Virus record (IMG/VR): IMGVR_UViG_3300037697_000007
Span: 1-57,561 of that record
Origin: a virus
Lineage: Duplodnaviria > Caudoviricetes
Reading direction: 5' to 3' (one strand)
Length of the DNA stretch: 57,561 nucleotides
The translations under genes and the position numbers were made by a program. Below are positions 15,606-24,303 of this stretch, one piece after another. Numbering within the stretch: the stretch's first letter is position 1; each line of letters starts with the position of its first letter. Under the pieces are notes generated by a model. That model searched no databases and was not told the origin of the DNA. It was given only the letters and a program-made list of their open reading frames with translations.

Positions 15606-16016
15606 ATGCCTCATAAAAAATCAAGTTTGCCATTTTGCAAAAAATGCAACAAGCCTCTATCAAGACCATTGTGCAAGTTGTGTAGACCTTGTGAAGTAGC
15701 AAGGCGGGCAAGTATGCGAACAATGCCTGTTGATGAATACAGAAAGGAATGGGCTAGAAAGAAAAAGTACAACCTTGAAGTTGGTGAGTTTGATGGCCTC
15801 TGGATTGTTTTTCGCGGTAAATGCGGTATATGCAATAGAGATATGAAGATGCCGGCGAAAGGCCAAGGACAGCAGCTTGATGTTGTCGCAATAGACCATG
15901 ACCATGCAACAGGTTTAGTTAGAGGTTTACTTTGCAACGCTTGCAATAAAGGAATAGGTCTTTTTAATGATAACCCTGAACTACTTAGGAGTGCGGCAAA
16001 ATGGGTAGCGAAATGA
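15606..16016 (+). CDS. Endonuclease VII-type (HNH) homing endonuclease
   Basis: CGIC...IDHDHATGLVRGLLCNACNKGIG; AT-rich. Confidence 0.9.
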   Translation: MPHKKSSLPFCKKCNKPLSRPLCKLCRPCEVARRASMRTMPVDEYRKEWARKKKYNLEVGEFDGLWIVFRGKCGICNRDMKMPAKGQGQQLDVVAIDHDHATGLVRGLLCNACNKGIGLFNDNPELLRSAAKWVAK

Positions 16017-17002
16017 CACGTAAATTGGCGTCTGTTCGGCGCATTGTTGAAATCAAGCAAATAGATGGAGCGGATTCGATTTGCTTATATCGGGTTGATG
16101 GTTGGTGGGTTGTAGACTCAATCGGGAAATATGGTGTAGGAGAACTTGTTATATACGCTGAGCCTGATAGCTGGGTTCCGTATGAGCTTGCACCATTCTT
16201 GTGCAGAGGAAAAGAGCCTCGCGAGTTTAACGGCGTGAAGGGCGAGCGTCTGCGCACGATCAAGCTGCGCGGCCAGATCAGCCAAGGTCTGGTGTTGCCG
16301 CTCGACCCGAGTGAGGACATGGCGTTCGATGGGCAGGACATGACTGAGCGTTACGGCATCCAGAAATGGGAGAAGCCAATTCCTGCGCAACTGCAAGGCC
16401 AGATGCGCGGAAACTTCCCATCTTGGATTCGCAAGACAGATCAGGAGCGCGTACAAAACCTTGACGGTGAGATTTACTGGGACGACGAGTACGAAATCAC
16501 CGTGAAGCTGGACGGCAGCAGCATGACCATATGGAATCATGATGGTGAGGTCGGCGTGTGTTCGCGCAACGTGGACTTGAAGATGGATCAGGAAGGAAAT
16601 TCTTTCGTCAATATGGCGAAGAAGATTCTTGGGCGGATCGAATTGCTGGAAGAAATCGCCATTCAGGGCGAGCTGATTGGGCCATCCATTCAGGGCAATC
16701 GAGAGGGTCTAGCGGAACATGAATTTTACGTGTTCGACATTTACGACATCGCTGCGCAGGCGTATTGGTCGCCGCTGAGCGTGCAGGCGTATTGCGAAAC
16801 CGCTGGACTAAATCATGTTCCCGTTATCGATTCTGCGTGCAAGTTGATAGACAAGGGTATTTGCTCGATTGAGTCCGCACTTGCATTCGCCGAAGGGAAA
16901 TCGCTGAATAACCCGGTGCGAGAGGGTTTGGTATTTAAGCGCACAGATGGGGAATTTTCGTTTAAGGCAATCAGCAACGTGTTTTTGTTGGGCGAAAAGT
17001 GA
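16013..17002 (+). CDS. ATP-dependent RNA ligase (DRB0094/Rnl2-like family)
   Basis: KLDGSS (motif I), QGELIG (III), FYVFDI (IIIa), REGLVFK (IV), FKAIS (V); OB-like N-terminus. Confidence 0.92.
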   Translation: MTRKLASVRRIVEIKQIDGADSICLYRVDGWWVVDSIGKYGVGELVIYAEPDSWVPYELAPFLCRGKEPREFNGVKGERLRTIKLRGQISQGLVLPLDPSEDMAFDGQDMTERYGIQKWEKPIPAQLQGQMRGNFPSWIRKTDQERVQNLDGEIYWDDEYEITVKLDGSSMTIWNHDGEVGVCSRNVDLKMDQEGNSFVNMAKKILGRIELLEEIAIQGELIGPSIQGNREGLAEHEFYVFDIYDIAAQAYWSPLSVQAYCETAGLNHVPVIDSACKLIDKGICSIESALAFAEGKSLNNPVREGLVFKRTDGEFSFKAISNVFLLGEK

Positions 17003-17030
17003 TGATCGCAGCGCAACGGAGGAAAGCATA

Positions 17031-17207
17031 ATGGATAGCATCACATTCGAAGTTGAGGACGTCACCATTCAGCTAGTCGGCGGACGGGTGCTGATTTGGA
17101 ACGGCGTACCGAACAAGGAAGCGGATATTGATTTGCCGATAGAGGTGCTGCGCAAGGCACTTTCTGCGGCGGATATGCTGGTGAAGAGCGAAAAGGTGAA
17201 ATCATGA
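17031..17207 (+). CDS. Hypothetical protein
   Basis: GGAGG RBS. Confidence 0.6.
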   Translation: MDSITFEVEDVTIQLVGGRVLIWNGVPNKEADIDLPIEVLRKALSAADMLVKSEKVKS

Positions 17208-17307
17208 TTCGCAAATACGTACTTGCAGTTAAATACTGGCTTCAAGGTGATAGCTGGACGCGTGCTGTAACTATGGCAGATGTGATCGTCAATGGGTTTA
17301 AAAGGCC

Positions 17308-17697
17308 ATGAGGAAGCGCGGAAAACGGCACAGCACGCTCGCGGTCGTGCCGCTGGGTGCGAAGCGAAACAAATACGAACTAGACGCACGCGCCGCCTTG
17401 CTTGCACTGGCGAACGACTGCGCCAATCAGTCGCACTTGGTTGACCTGTACGTGCTGGCTGAACTGTGCGACGAATTGACGGATGTTCCGCATATCAGGG
17501 CACATTGTGCCGCCGTGCGCCGGCTGTGCGACGAAATCCACAATGCCGAGTACGTTTGCACGGTATTGCGCTACGGCGCAATGCAATCGAGCGCACACCT
17601 GCTGCTGGACTGGTTCCACCTACAGCCGAATGCGTCCATCGCACGGATCGCGTTGCGCATGGTGGCGAAAATTGAAGGGAACAAGCATGCACAATAG
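17308..17697 (+). CDS. Hypothetical protein
   Basis: 129-aa ORF in the chain. Confidence 0.7.
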   Translation: MRKRGKRHSTLAVVPLGAKRNKYELDARAALLALANDCANQSHLVDLYVLAELCDELTDVPHIRAHCAAVRRLCDEIHNAEYVCTVLRYGAMQSSAHLLLDWFHLQPNASIARIALRMVAKIEGNKHAQ

Positions 17698-17863
17698 CGA
17701 GCGTACCAGCCAAATACACACGGCGCACGTTTACCTATCTGAAGCGCGGCGCAGACGTGGGCAGCAATTCCATGCAGTGCTGCTTAAATGGGCAGCGAAT
17801 TGCCGCATTCGTGCATCGGTTAAATCTCATCACGATGTTGGACAAATGGAGTTATTCGCATGA
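17687..17863 (+). CDS. Hypothetical protein ending GQMELFA
   Basis: GAAGGG RBS; YLSEARRRR. Confidence 0.6.
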   Translation: MHNSERTSQIHTAHVYLSEARRRRGQQFHAVLLKWAANCRIRASVKSHHDVGQMELFA

Positions 17864-17886
17864 GACTACTGGGTGAGCGGATGCAC

Positions 17887-17915
17887 TTGACGCAATAAAA
17901 ATATACACCTATCAT
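17887..17915 (+). promoter_or_regulatory. Promoter TTGACG-17-TATCAT with ATACAC direct repeats
   Basis: ATG 6 nt after the -10; ATACAC at 17903 and 17914. Confidence 0.65.
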
Positions 17916-17921
17916 ACACAC

Positions 17922-18053
17922 ATGAAACGAACTAATATATTTTTCCCAAAGGTGTTGCTTGATCGTCTTGGTGCGTTATCAAAGCTTACCGGACTATCTG
18001 TTGCGGAGCATGTACGCCGCGCTGTTGATGCTTACTTGAAAAAACAAAAATGA
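17922..18053 (+). CDS. Ribbon-helix-helix (CopG-like) protein
   Basis: MKRTNIFFPKVLLDRLGALSKLTGLSVAEHVRRAVDAYL hand-translated. Confidence 0.85.
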   Translation: MKRTNIFFPKVLLDRLGALSKLTGLSVAEHVRRAVDAYLKKQK

Positions 18054-19105
18054 TTCAGTCGCAACTAAAACTCAGGTTGAGCGCAACTAAAGAAGCACAG
18101 CTTAATGACTGGCTATATTCGTTGACTGCGGTACATAACTTCGCGGTGCGCAAGATATAGCTTGACGCAAAGGATGGTATTTACTATACCAGCATGGGTT
18201 TTCATAACATCCTCGCAGATCACGGAAAAAAGATCGGCATCCCAAGCCACACAGTACAAGGGATGCTGTCACAAGTTCATGCTGCGTGGTCGCGTTGCTT
18301 CAAAAAGATTGGCGGAAAGCCGAAGCTTAAAGGGATTCGCAACAAACTAAATTCTATTCCGTTTCCTGACCCCATTAAGTCGCCAGATGGAAATCATGTC
18401 AAATTGCCCGGAGTTGGCTTGCTTCGTTTTCACAAGCAAAAGATACCAGAAGGCAAGATAAAGTGCGGTCGCGTCGTCAAGCGCGCTTCAGGCTGGTATC
18501 TGTGCCTGTTCATTGACGCGGAGCGCATATCCATCGAGCGCACCGCAAACGGAATGATCGGGATAGATCCAGGCTTCAAGGATTTAATTACCACATCTGA
18601 CGGGGAGAAAGTTCCGCACCCGAAAGAGTTGCAAACCTCACTATCCCGTCTAGGACAGGCACAGCGCGGCGGTAATAAGAAACTCGCTGCAAGGCTGCAT
18701 GAGCGTATTAAAAACCAGCGCAAAGACCGCAATCACAAGCTGTCGTTGCGTTTGGTGCAAGAGAATACCTTGATCGTTTTTTCGAAAGATAACATCAAGG
18801 GAGTTGCAAAGAAGTTTGGGAAGAGCGTAGCCAGCAGTGGGCATGCTCAACTTCGGTCAATGTTGGAGTACAAGAGCCGTGCAGGCGGTACTAAATACAT
18901 CGAAGCTATTTCCCGTAATTCCACTAGGACTTGTTCGTCGTGCGGAGCTTTAACCGGGCCGCAAGGATGGGCAGGACTATTAGTAAGGCAATGGAGTTGT
19001 GGCTGTGGTGCCGAGCATGACCGCGATATTAACGCGAGCATCAACACTCTTTTGCTGGGCATGGAACGTGCCTCGAATGATGGAGGGTTGCGCAATGTCG
19101 CGTGA
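18050..19105 (+). pseudogene. tnpB: TnpB RNA-guided nuclease with in-frame TAG at codon 37
   Basis: N-terminal KLRL...NFA HTH, GIDPG (RuvC-I), CSSCG..CGCG zinc finger, HDRDINA (RuvC-III); TAG at 18158-18160. Confidence 0.85.
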
Positions 19106-19446
19106 TTCTTCCCGGAATCCCAAGCCTTTAGGCGCGGGGAGGTTCAAACTCGAAACCTACCCAACCTGCAAAGCCAACCGCAAGACGCGCAAGCCTCTAC
19201 GCACTGCGCTGGAACTGGCATCCGAACACAAACTGAGCATGGCGCAACTGCGCGGCTATCTTGCCGGGAGCGATGCGCCCAAGCCGGAGATGGTCAACCG
19301 GCGCGGAGGTGCTTATTACGAGCCGATCGCGTTCCGCAAGTGGATTGCAAAAAAGTTGCCGCATTGAGCTATAACTTGTAGCAATAATTTATTGCTTGGT
19401 GTAGAGTGTCGGAACGCTAACAGGGCGCAACATTAGAGGGTAGATT

Positions 19447-21702
19447 GTGGCAAGGCCGTTGCATCAAATACCATTGTTCGAAATAAAGCCGGAAAACGAC
19501 GGTAAAAAAACATACCTGCCAATCCTGACCGCTGTAGAAAACGGTAAAGGCGTGCTGGATGTTGACACGGTAAAGGGGTGTGCAATTGGAATGAATGCAC
19601 ATCCCGATGGCGGATGTTATGGCGAGTGTTACGCACAGAAAAACGCTTCACGGTACGGAATAGATTTCACGTTTAGCGTTTCCAGAAAACTTACGGTCGA
19701 TAACTTTGCTGATGTTTTTTGCGCAGTTCGTGATTATCACGCTCCATGGTATCGGATAGGCACTGCTGGCGACCCGTCGCACGATTGGGAAAACACAATC
19801 TACGTTTGTGAGGCGTTGCGCGGAACCGGAAAGATTCCGGTAATTATTACGAAGCACTGGAAGACGTTATCAGATAGAGATTTGCAAAGACTTAAAAACG
19901 TGTCAGCGGTGATAAATACATCAACCAGTGGACTAGATACCGATGCAGAAACAAAGCATCGCGTGAGGCAAATTGAGCGCATTAGAGCGGCAGGAATTGT
20001 TAGCGTTTGCAGGGTGGTAACTTGCGAATATGGAACATCAGAATGGGCTAAAAAGTGCAAAGAAAAGCAGGATTTTTTACTGAGTTTGCATCCTGTTATT
20101 GACAACCCGTTAAGGGCCAGCAACACAAACGAACGAGTGATGAAAGGGGATATTTTACTAACCAGAAAAGAGCAATCAGTAGGCGGCGGGAAATTCGTAT
20201 CACTACATAACGCTGGCATTTATTTAGGCGCATGCGAAAGCTGCCAAGATCAATGCGGAGTTGAAGTTTCAAAAATCAAACCGAAGGAAGAAAAAATGCA
20301 AACAGTTCACCAAGATCAAACCGCACTATTCGAAGATGAAATCGAATGGGTTTATTGCCCTAGCGTTATCGGTTCAGGGTACGAGGAAGATGTTTCGCGG
20401 CTTGCCATCGAAGACGGAATAGCAAAGCGCGCAGCGCGCAAGAACATGCAGATTCATTCAGCCATAATCCTGAAAATAAATGGCGAGTTCAGCGGGTTCT
20501 TCACGTTCCAAGTGAACGACGTATCGAAAGAATTCTGCCTGCTGCAATCGGTAATTGAGCCGAAGAAATACACGAAAGAACTTTACGCGCAGATGGTGCG
20601 CGAGATGCTGGCCCATCGCCCAGAAAATTACCCGGCGATGATTACCACCGACCCAAAGAGCAAGTTCGAAACGCCATCGCTGTTTGAAAGCGTTGGATTT
20701 CAGACGTACCTGAAAATGTCAGGCTATCACTACATGGTCAACGGCAAGCTCGAAGACATGCGTTTGAAGCTGCTGGCACATATCACAATGACAAACGTCT
20801 GGAACACGGTAAAGGGTGACTGGCTGCGGCTGAAAAAGGAATGGCGCGAGCGTATTGATTTCGCGGGCGAGGCCGCTGGTGTTGAAAACCCATCCTATGC
20901 AACCCGTGAAGGATGCTGGCAAGGTGAAAACGGGATGAGCAACGTGGTCAACTCAAAAAAGAAAATCAACGAAGAAGGCGAGATCGAAACAACGACAAAA
21001 TCTCATAACGGCAATGCATCGGTTCTTGACCCGGTTGCATGCGAAGTAATTGCGCGCATGTTCATGCCGAAAGAGGGGAAGCGGATTTACAACCCGTTCG
21101 GCGGCGGCGTACAGATGGGGTACGTGGCCGGCGCATGCGGTTATGAATACTACGCAAGCGAGATTCGCCAGAATCAGGCCGATGCGAACAACAAGATATG
21201 CCAAGAGTTCGATGGGCGCGTTAAGTGGGTGCAAAGCGACTCCTCAACGCATTCCCCTGATGGCATGTTCGACCTTGTGTTCACTTGCCCGCCGTACTAC
21301 AAAGTAGAACATTACGTTGACTATGACGGAAACCCGCCTCCCGGCGAGCTTAACTCGTTCGACACCTACGAAAAGTTCCGCGACTTGTTGTTCACTGGAT
21401 ACAAAAAGGCAATCGAACACTTGAACGACAATCGGTTTTTCGTGGTTATGACGGGTGACAGCCGGGACAAAAACGGCGGATATCATTGCCACGAAGCTGA
21501 AACCGTTGTGTTCTTCAAAGAGCAAGGTCTGGCTGTTTACAACCAGATCGTTTATGTTGAATGCGAGTTTACGCGATTAGCGCATGCGAAAAAGACATTG
21601 CACACGCGGAAATTCCCAAAGCGCGAGCAAAAGATTATCGTCGCTTACAAGGGCAAGATTTCGGACATAAAAGACCACTTTGCACCGATTGGACGGCTGT
21701 AA
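19447..21702 (+). CDS. Radical SAM (SPL-like) + GNAT-like + N4/N6 DNA methyltransferase fusion
   Basis: GC-x11-C-x3-CYA, RIGTAGDP, IITK; SGFFTF...LFESVGF; SVLDP, YNPFGGG, TCPPYY. Confidence 0.8.
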   Translation: MARPLHQIPLFEIKPENDGKKTYLPILTAVENGKGVLDVDTVKGCAIGMNAHPDGGCYGECYAQKNASRYGIDFTFSVSRKLTVDNFADVFCAVRDYHAPWYRIGTAGDPSHDWENTIYVCEALRGTGKIPVIITKHWKTLSDRDLQRLKNVSAVINTSTSGLDTDAETKHRVRQIERIRAAGIVSVCRVVTCEYGTSEWAKKCKEKQDFLLSLHPVIDNPLRASNTNERVMKGDILLTRKEQSVGGGKFVSLHNAGIYLGACESCQDQCGVEVSKIKPKEEKMQTVHQDQTALFEDEIEWVYCPSVIGSGYEEDVSRLAIEDGIAKRAARKNMQIHSAIILKINGEFSGFFTFQVNDVSKEFCLLQSVIEPKKYTKELYAQMVREMLAHRPENYPAMITTDPKSKFETPSLFESVGFQTYLKMSGYHYMVNGKLEDMRLKLLAHITMTNVWNTVKGDWLRLKKEWRERIDFAGEAAGVENPSYATREGCWQGENGMSNVVNSKKKINEEGEIETTTKSHNGNASVLDPVACEVIARMFMPKEGKRIYNPFGGGVQMGYVAGACGYEYYASEIRQNQADANNKICQEFDGRVKWVQSDSSTHSPDGMFDLVFTCPPYYKVEHYVDYDGNPPPGELNSFDTYEKFRDLLFTGYKKAIEHLNDNRFFVVMTGDSRDKNGGYHCHEAETVVFFKEQGLAVYNQIVYVECEFTRLAHAKKTLHTRKFPKREQKIIVAYKGKISDIKDHFAPIGRL

Positions 21703-21819
21703 CAGTATTGCACATGCGTAACAGGCATCCTCCTAATCAGCGGATGCCTACCTGTAAAGCTTGAAGCCGCGCAAGTTAATGTGCTAAACGCGGCGCTTAT
21801 TTGATGTGGAGGTATTGCG

Positions 21820-22299
21820 GTGAGCGTAAAGCGTCAAAAGCCAGAATCAATTTATCTACGAGTCGAAAAGGGCGCGCTGGTTCCGGCTGACGAATACGCA
21901 CGGAACCAGCTTAGAGCCAAGGGCTACAAAACCGGCGACGTGATAAAAGCGAGCCTGACAAAACTGCGCAGCCAGTCATTCAACCGGCTGGTTCATCGCA
22001 TTGGGCAACTTGTGGTTGCTAACATAGACGCATTTGCCGGTATAGATGCGCATCGCGCCATTAAGAGGCTGCAAATCGAGGGGAAAGTGGCCTGCGACGA
22101 GATCGGAGTGATGATTGAAGGCTATGGCATGGTTATCCAATTCATCCCTCGCAGCCTATCTTTTGAAACGATGGATGAGGGGGAATACCGGCAGGCCGCA
22201 CGGGACATTTGCCGGGTGATTGCTGAGCGGTACTGGAAGAAGTTGAGCGCCGAACAGATCGAAGAAATGGCGGAATCTTTCGTAATGGAGGCGGCATGA
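21820..22299 (+). CDS. DUF1367/NinB-like protein
   Basis: GALVPAD, PRSLSFETMDE; nin-region position. Confidence 0.7.
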   Translation: MSVKRQKPESIYLRVEKGALVPADEYARNQLRAKGYKTGDVIKASLTKLRSQSFNRLVHRIGQLVVANIDAFAGIDAHRAIKRLQIEGKVACDEIGVMIEGYGMVIQFIPRSLSFETMDEGEYRQAARDICRVIAERYWKKLSAEQIEEMAESFVMEAA

Positions 22300-22593
22300 A
22301 ATCGCGTGACTTATTCGGCTACATGGAAAAAGGAAAATTCCGCATCGGCTGGAAGCACCACTACATGACCAAACTGGAGCGTGAGCGTTATTTCGGCAGA
22401 CAGAGACTGCAAAAAGGGAGAAAGAACGCATGATCTGCCGCGAATGTAAAAGTGCGATAATCGGCCCATCGAAGGAAGATAGGGCCATGGCTAAATTGGG
22501 GTATCGATCTTACAATCTCGCCATTACGCCAGCCGAAAAAGCCGCATATTTCACGGGCGGTCAGCAATGTAAATATCCGGGGAGGGTGAAGAA

Positions 22594-23004
22594 GTGAAGC
22601 AGAAGGCCAAACCAAAGCGCGCAAAACTATCAACCCTGATTGACAAGGCCGACAGGCTGGCAAGCCTATACATCAGACAGAAACACGCCGACCATGCCGG
22701 GTATGTGACCTGCATCTCATGCGATACCGTGCTGCATTGGAAGGATGCGCATTGCGCGCATTACATCGAGCGCGGGAAAAAGGCATCGCGATGGCTTGAA
22801 GAGAATCTTAAGCCGGCATGTTGCGGGTGCAATACGTTCAACAAAGAATTCCACATGCGGGAATACACGCTGAAAATGATAGACCTGTATGGCCGCGAGT
22901 TTGTTGATAGCCTGCGGGAATCGGCAAAAAGAACGCTGGGCGCGACCGAGGTTAGAATGCTGGCAGAGGAGGCGATTGAGTATTATGGCAAATCTGCCGA
23001 ATGA
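22594..23004 (+). CDS. ninG: NinG/Rap-family recombination endonuclease
   Basis: SLYIR, CISC, CAHYI.RG, RW.E.N, C.GCN. Confidence 0.85.
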   Translation: MKQKAKPKRAKLSTLIDKADRLASLYIRQKHADHAGYVTCISCDTVLHWKDAHCAHYIERGKKASRWLEENLKPACCGCNTFNKEFHMREYTLKMIDLYGREFVDSLRESAKRTLGATEVRMLAEEAIEYYGKSAE

Positions 23005-23170
23005 CGTAGCCCGCTGCCCCGGCGTCGGCGACGATGTAGAGGGTTTCCGCGAGGGATGCGACGACTGCCTGCGCCGGACATCACCACCGAATGATCCAAT
23101 GCGCGTTTGGATGATGAGCCCACCCGCAATTATCGTTTTCGAGTGCGAATATAGGATTGACCCGGAATGA
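22985..23170 (+). CDS. Cys-containing hypothetical protein
   Basis: MANLPNDVARCPG...CDDCLRR. Confidence 0.6.
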   Translation: MANLPNDVARCPGVGDDVEGFREGCDDCLRRTSPPNDPMRVWMMSPPAIIVFECEYRIDPE

Positions 23171-23467
23171 CAGCAATCGCCGCAGAGTCCAAGCGCAAAT
23201 GCCAGAATCTAGGCTGTGTCGCGCCCGAAGAGGTATCATTCCGGCTACAGAGCGGGGCTAGGAAGGCGAGGTGCAGGGCTTGTGCGGAGAAGGCGCGGAA
23301 GGGGCGGAAAAATAGTTGAAAAATAGTTGCGAAAGTTCTTGCATTACGGCGTTATGTTAGCGGGCAGAATGATATAATTGCTTTGCCGGGACAGGTGTTC
23401 GAACACTTTTCCCTCCCTCGACGGGGTGAATTACCGGCAACAGTCAATTACCGTCGAGGGGTATCAA

Positions 23468-23989
23468 ATGAAATTCTGCAAGAAATGTAATGTCGATACA
23501 GAGCGTACAGGGCGAGGTGTTTGCAAAATTTGTAAGAGTAAGCAAGACGCTAAATTATATGCAGAAAATGCGGAAATAAAGAAGAAAAAATCCGCTGCAT
23601 GGCGCATGAACAACCCCGACAAAGCTAGAGAAGTTCGTGATAAATGGCAGAAAGCAAACAAAGATAAAGTTTGTTTGAGTGTATTGAGATGGAAAAATGC
23701 AAATCCGCTCGCCATGGCCGCAATGTACAGAACGAGAAGAGCAAGAAAATATGCTGGAGGCAAACACACGGCGGAAGACATAATCCAGTTATTGAAATTG
23801 CAAAAATACAAATGCCCGTGTTGTAGGGTTAGTCTGAAGGCCGGATACCATGTAGATCACATTATTCCATTGGTGTTGGGTGGGACGAACAAAAAGGGAA
23901 ACTTACAAATTTTATGCCCTACTTGCAATTTGCAAAAATCAGCGAAACACCCGGTAGAGTTTATGCAGAGCCGAGGATATTTAATATGA
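23468..23989 (+). CDS. HNH endonuclease
   Basis: CPCC, HVDHIIPLVLGGTN..GNLQILCPTCN; AT-rich; own -10 and structured leader. Confidence 0.9.
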   Translation: MKFCKKCNVDTERTGRGVCKICKSKQDAKLYAENAEIKKKKSAAWRMNNPDKAREVRDKWQKANKDKVCLSVLRWKNANPLAMAAMYRTRRARKYAGGKHTAEDIIQLLKLQKYKCPCCRVSLKAGYHVDHIIPLVLGGTNKKGNLQILCPTCNLQKSAKHPVEFMQSRGYLI

Positions 23990-24092
23990 TCCGTCCGAGC
24001 TATTGCACATGGGTGGGGATTCAGACGATTATCGGCGATGCAAACCTCGCAAAACCTTGATACAATAGAGAAAACCACTGAATAGGTGATAA

Positions 24093-24290
24093 ATGCACAC
24101 AGGGCATAAGCCGACAGGATACGCCAGCTCCCTGCGAAAGTTTCAGGCGAATCCAGTAAACTCCGAGGCTATCAAGTCCGACGCGTGGCGGAACGAGGGA
24201 ATTCTGGTAGTTGATATAAACGATGATCGGCTAGATTTCGTAGACCGCGAATTCATTGAGCGCATAGGCAATCGACTTTTCCAAAAATAA
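24093..24290 (+). CDS. Hypothetical protein
   Basis: AGGTG RBS; 65 aa. Confidence 0.65.
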   Translation: MHTGHKPTGYASSLRKFQANPVNSEAIKSDAWRNEGILVVDINDDRLDFVDREFIERIGNRLFQK

Positions 24291-24303
24291 TCAGGGACTC
24301 GAC

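Larger units (their letters stand above)
17892..19147 (+). mobile_element. TnpA-less IS200/IS605-superfamily element (RHH + TnpB)
   Basis: TTGAC TAM-like motif at left; right end GGAATCCCAAGCCTTTAGGCGCGGGGAGGTTCAA; no target-site duplication. Confidence 0.75.
17860..19367 (+). pseudogene. 83-aa phage gene (HTH-like) split by the TnpB element; pieces 17860-17891 and 19148-19367
   Basis: Joining TTGAC to ACTCGAA gives an open frame MRLLGERMHLTLETYPTCK...KKLPH. Confidence 0.65.

Noticed and set aside
15453-16016. Group I intron in the RNA ligase
   Set aside because: The downstream gene has its own complete N-terminus, and no P7 or other intron core is visible in the short non-coding part.
18158-18160. 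Genome-wide amber recoding
   Set aside because: TAG ends ordinary genes (13929, 26050, 26728) and no conserved gene appears fragmented by TAG.
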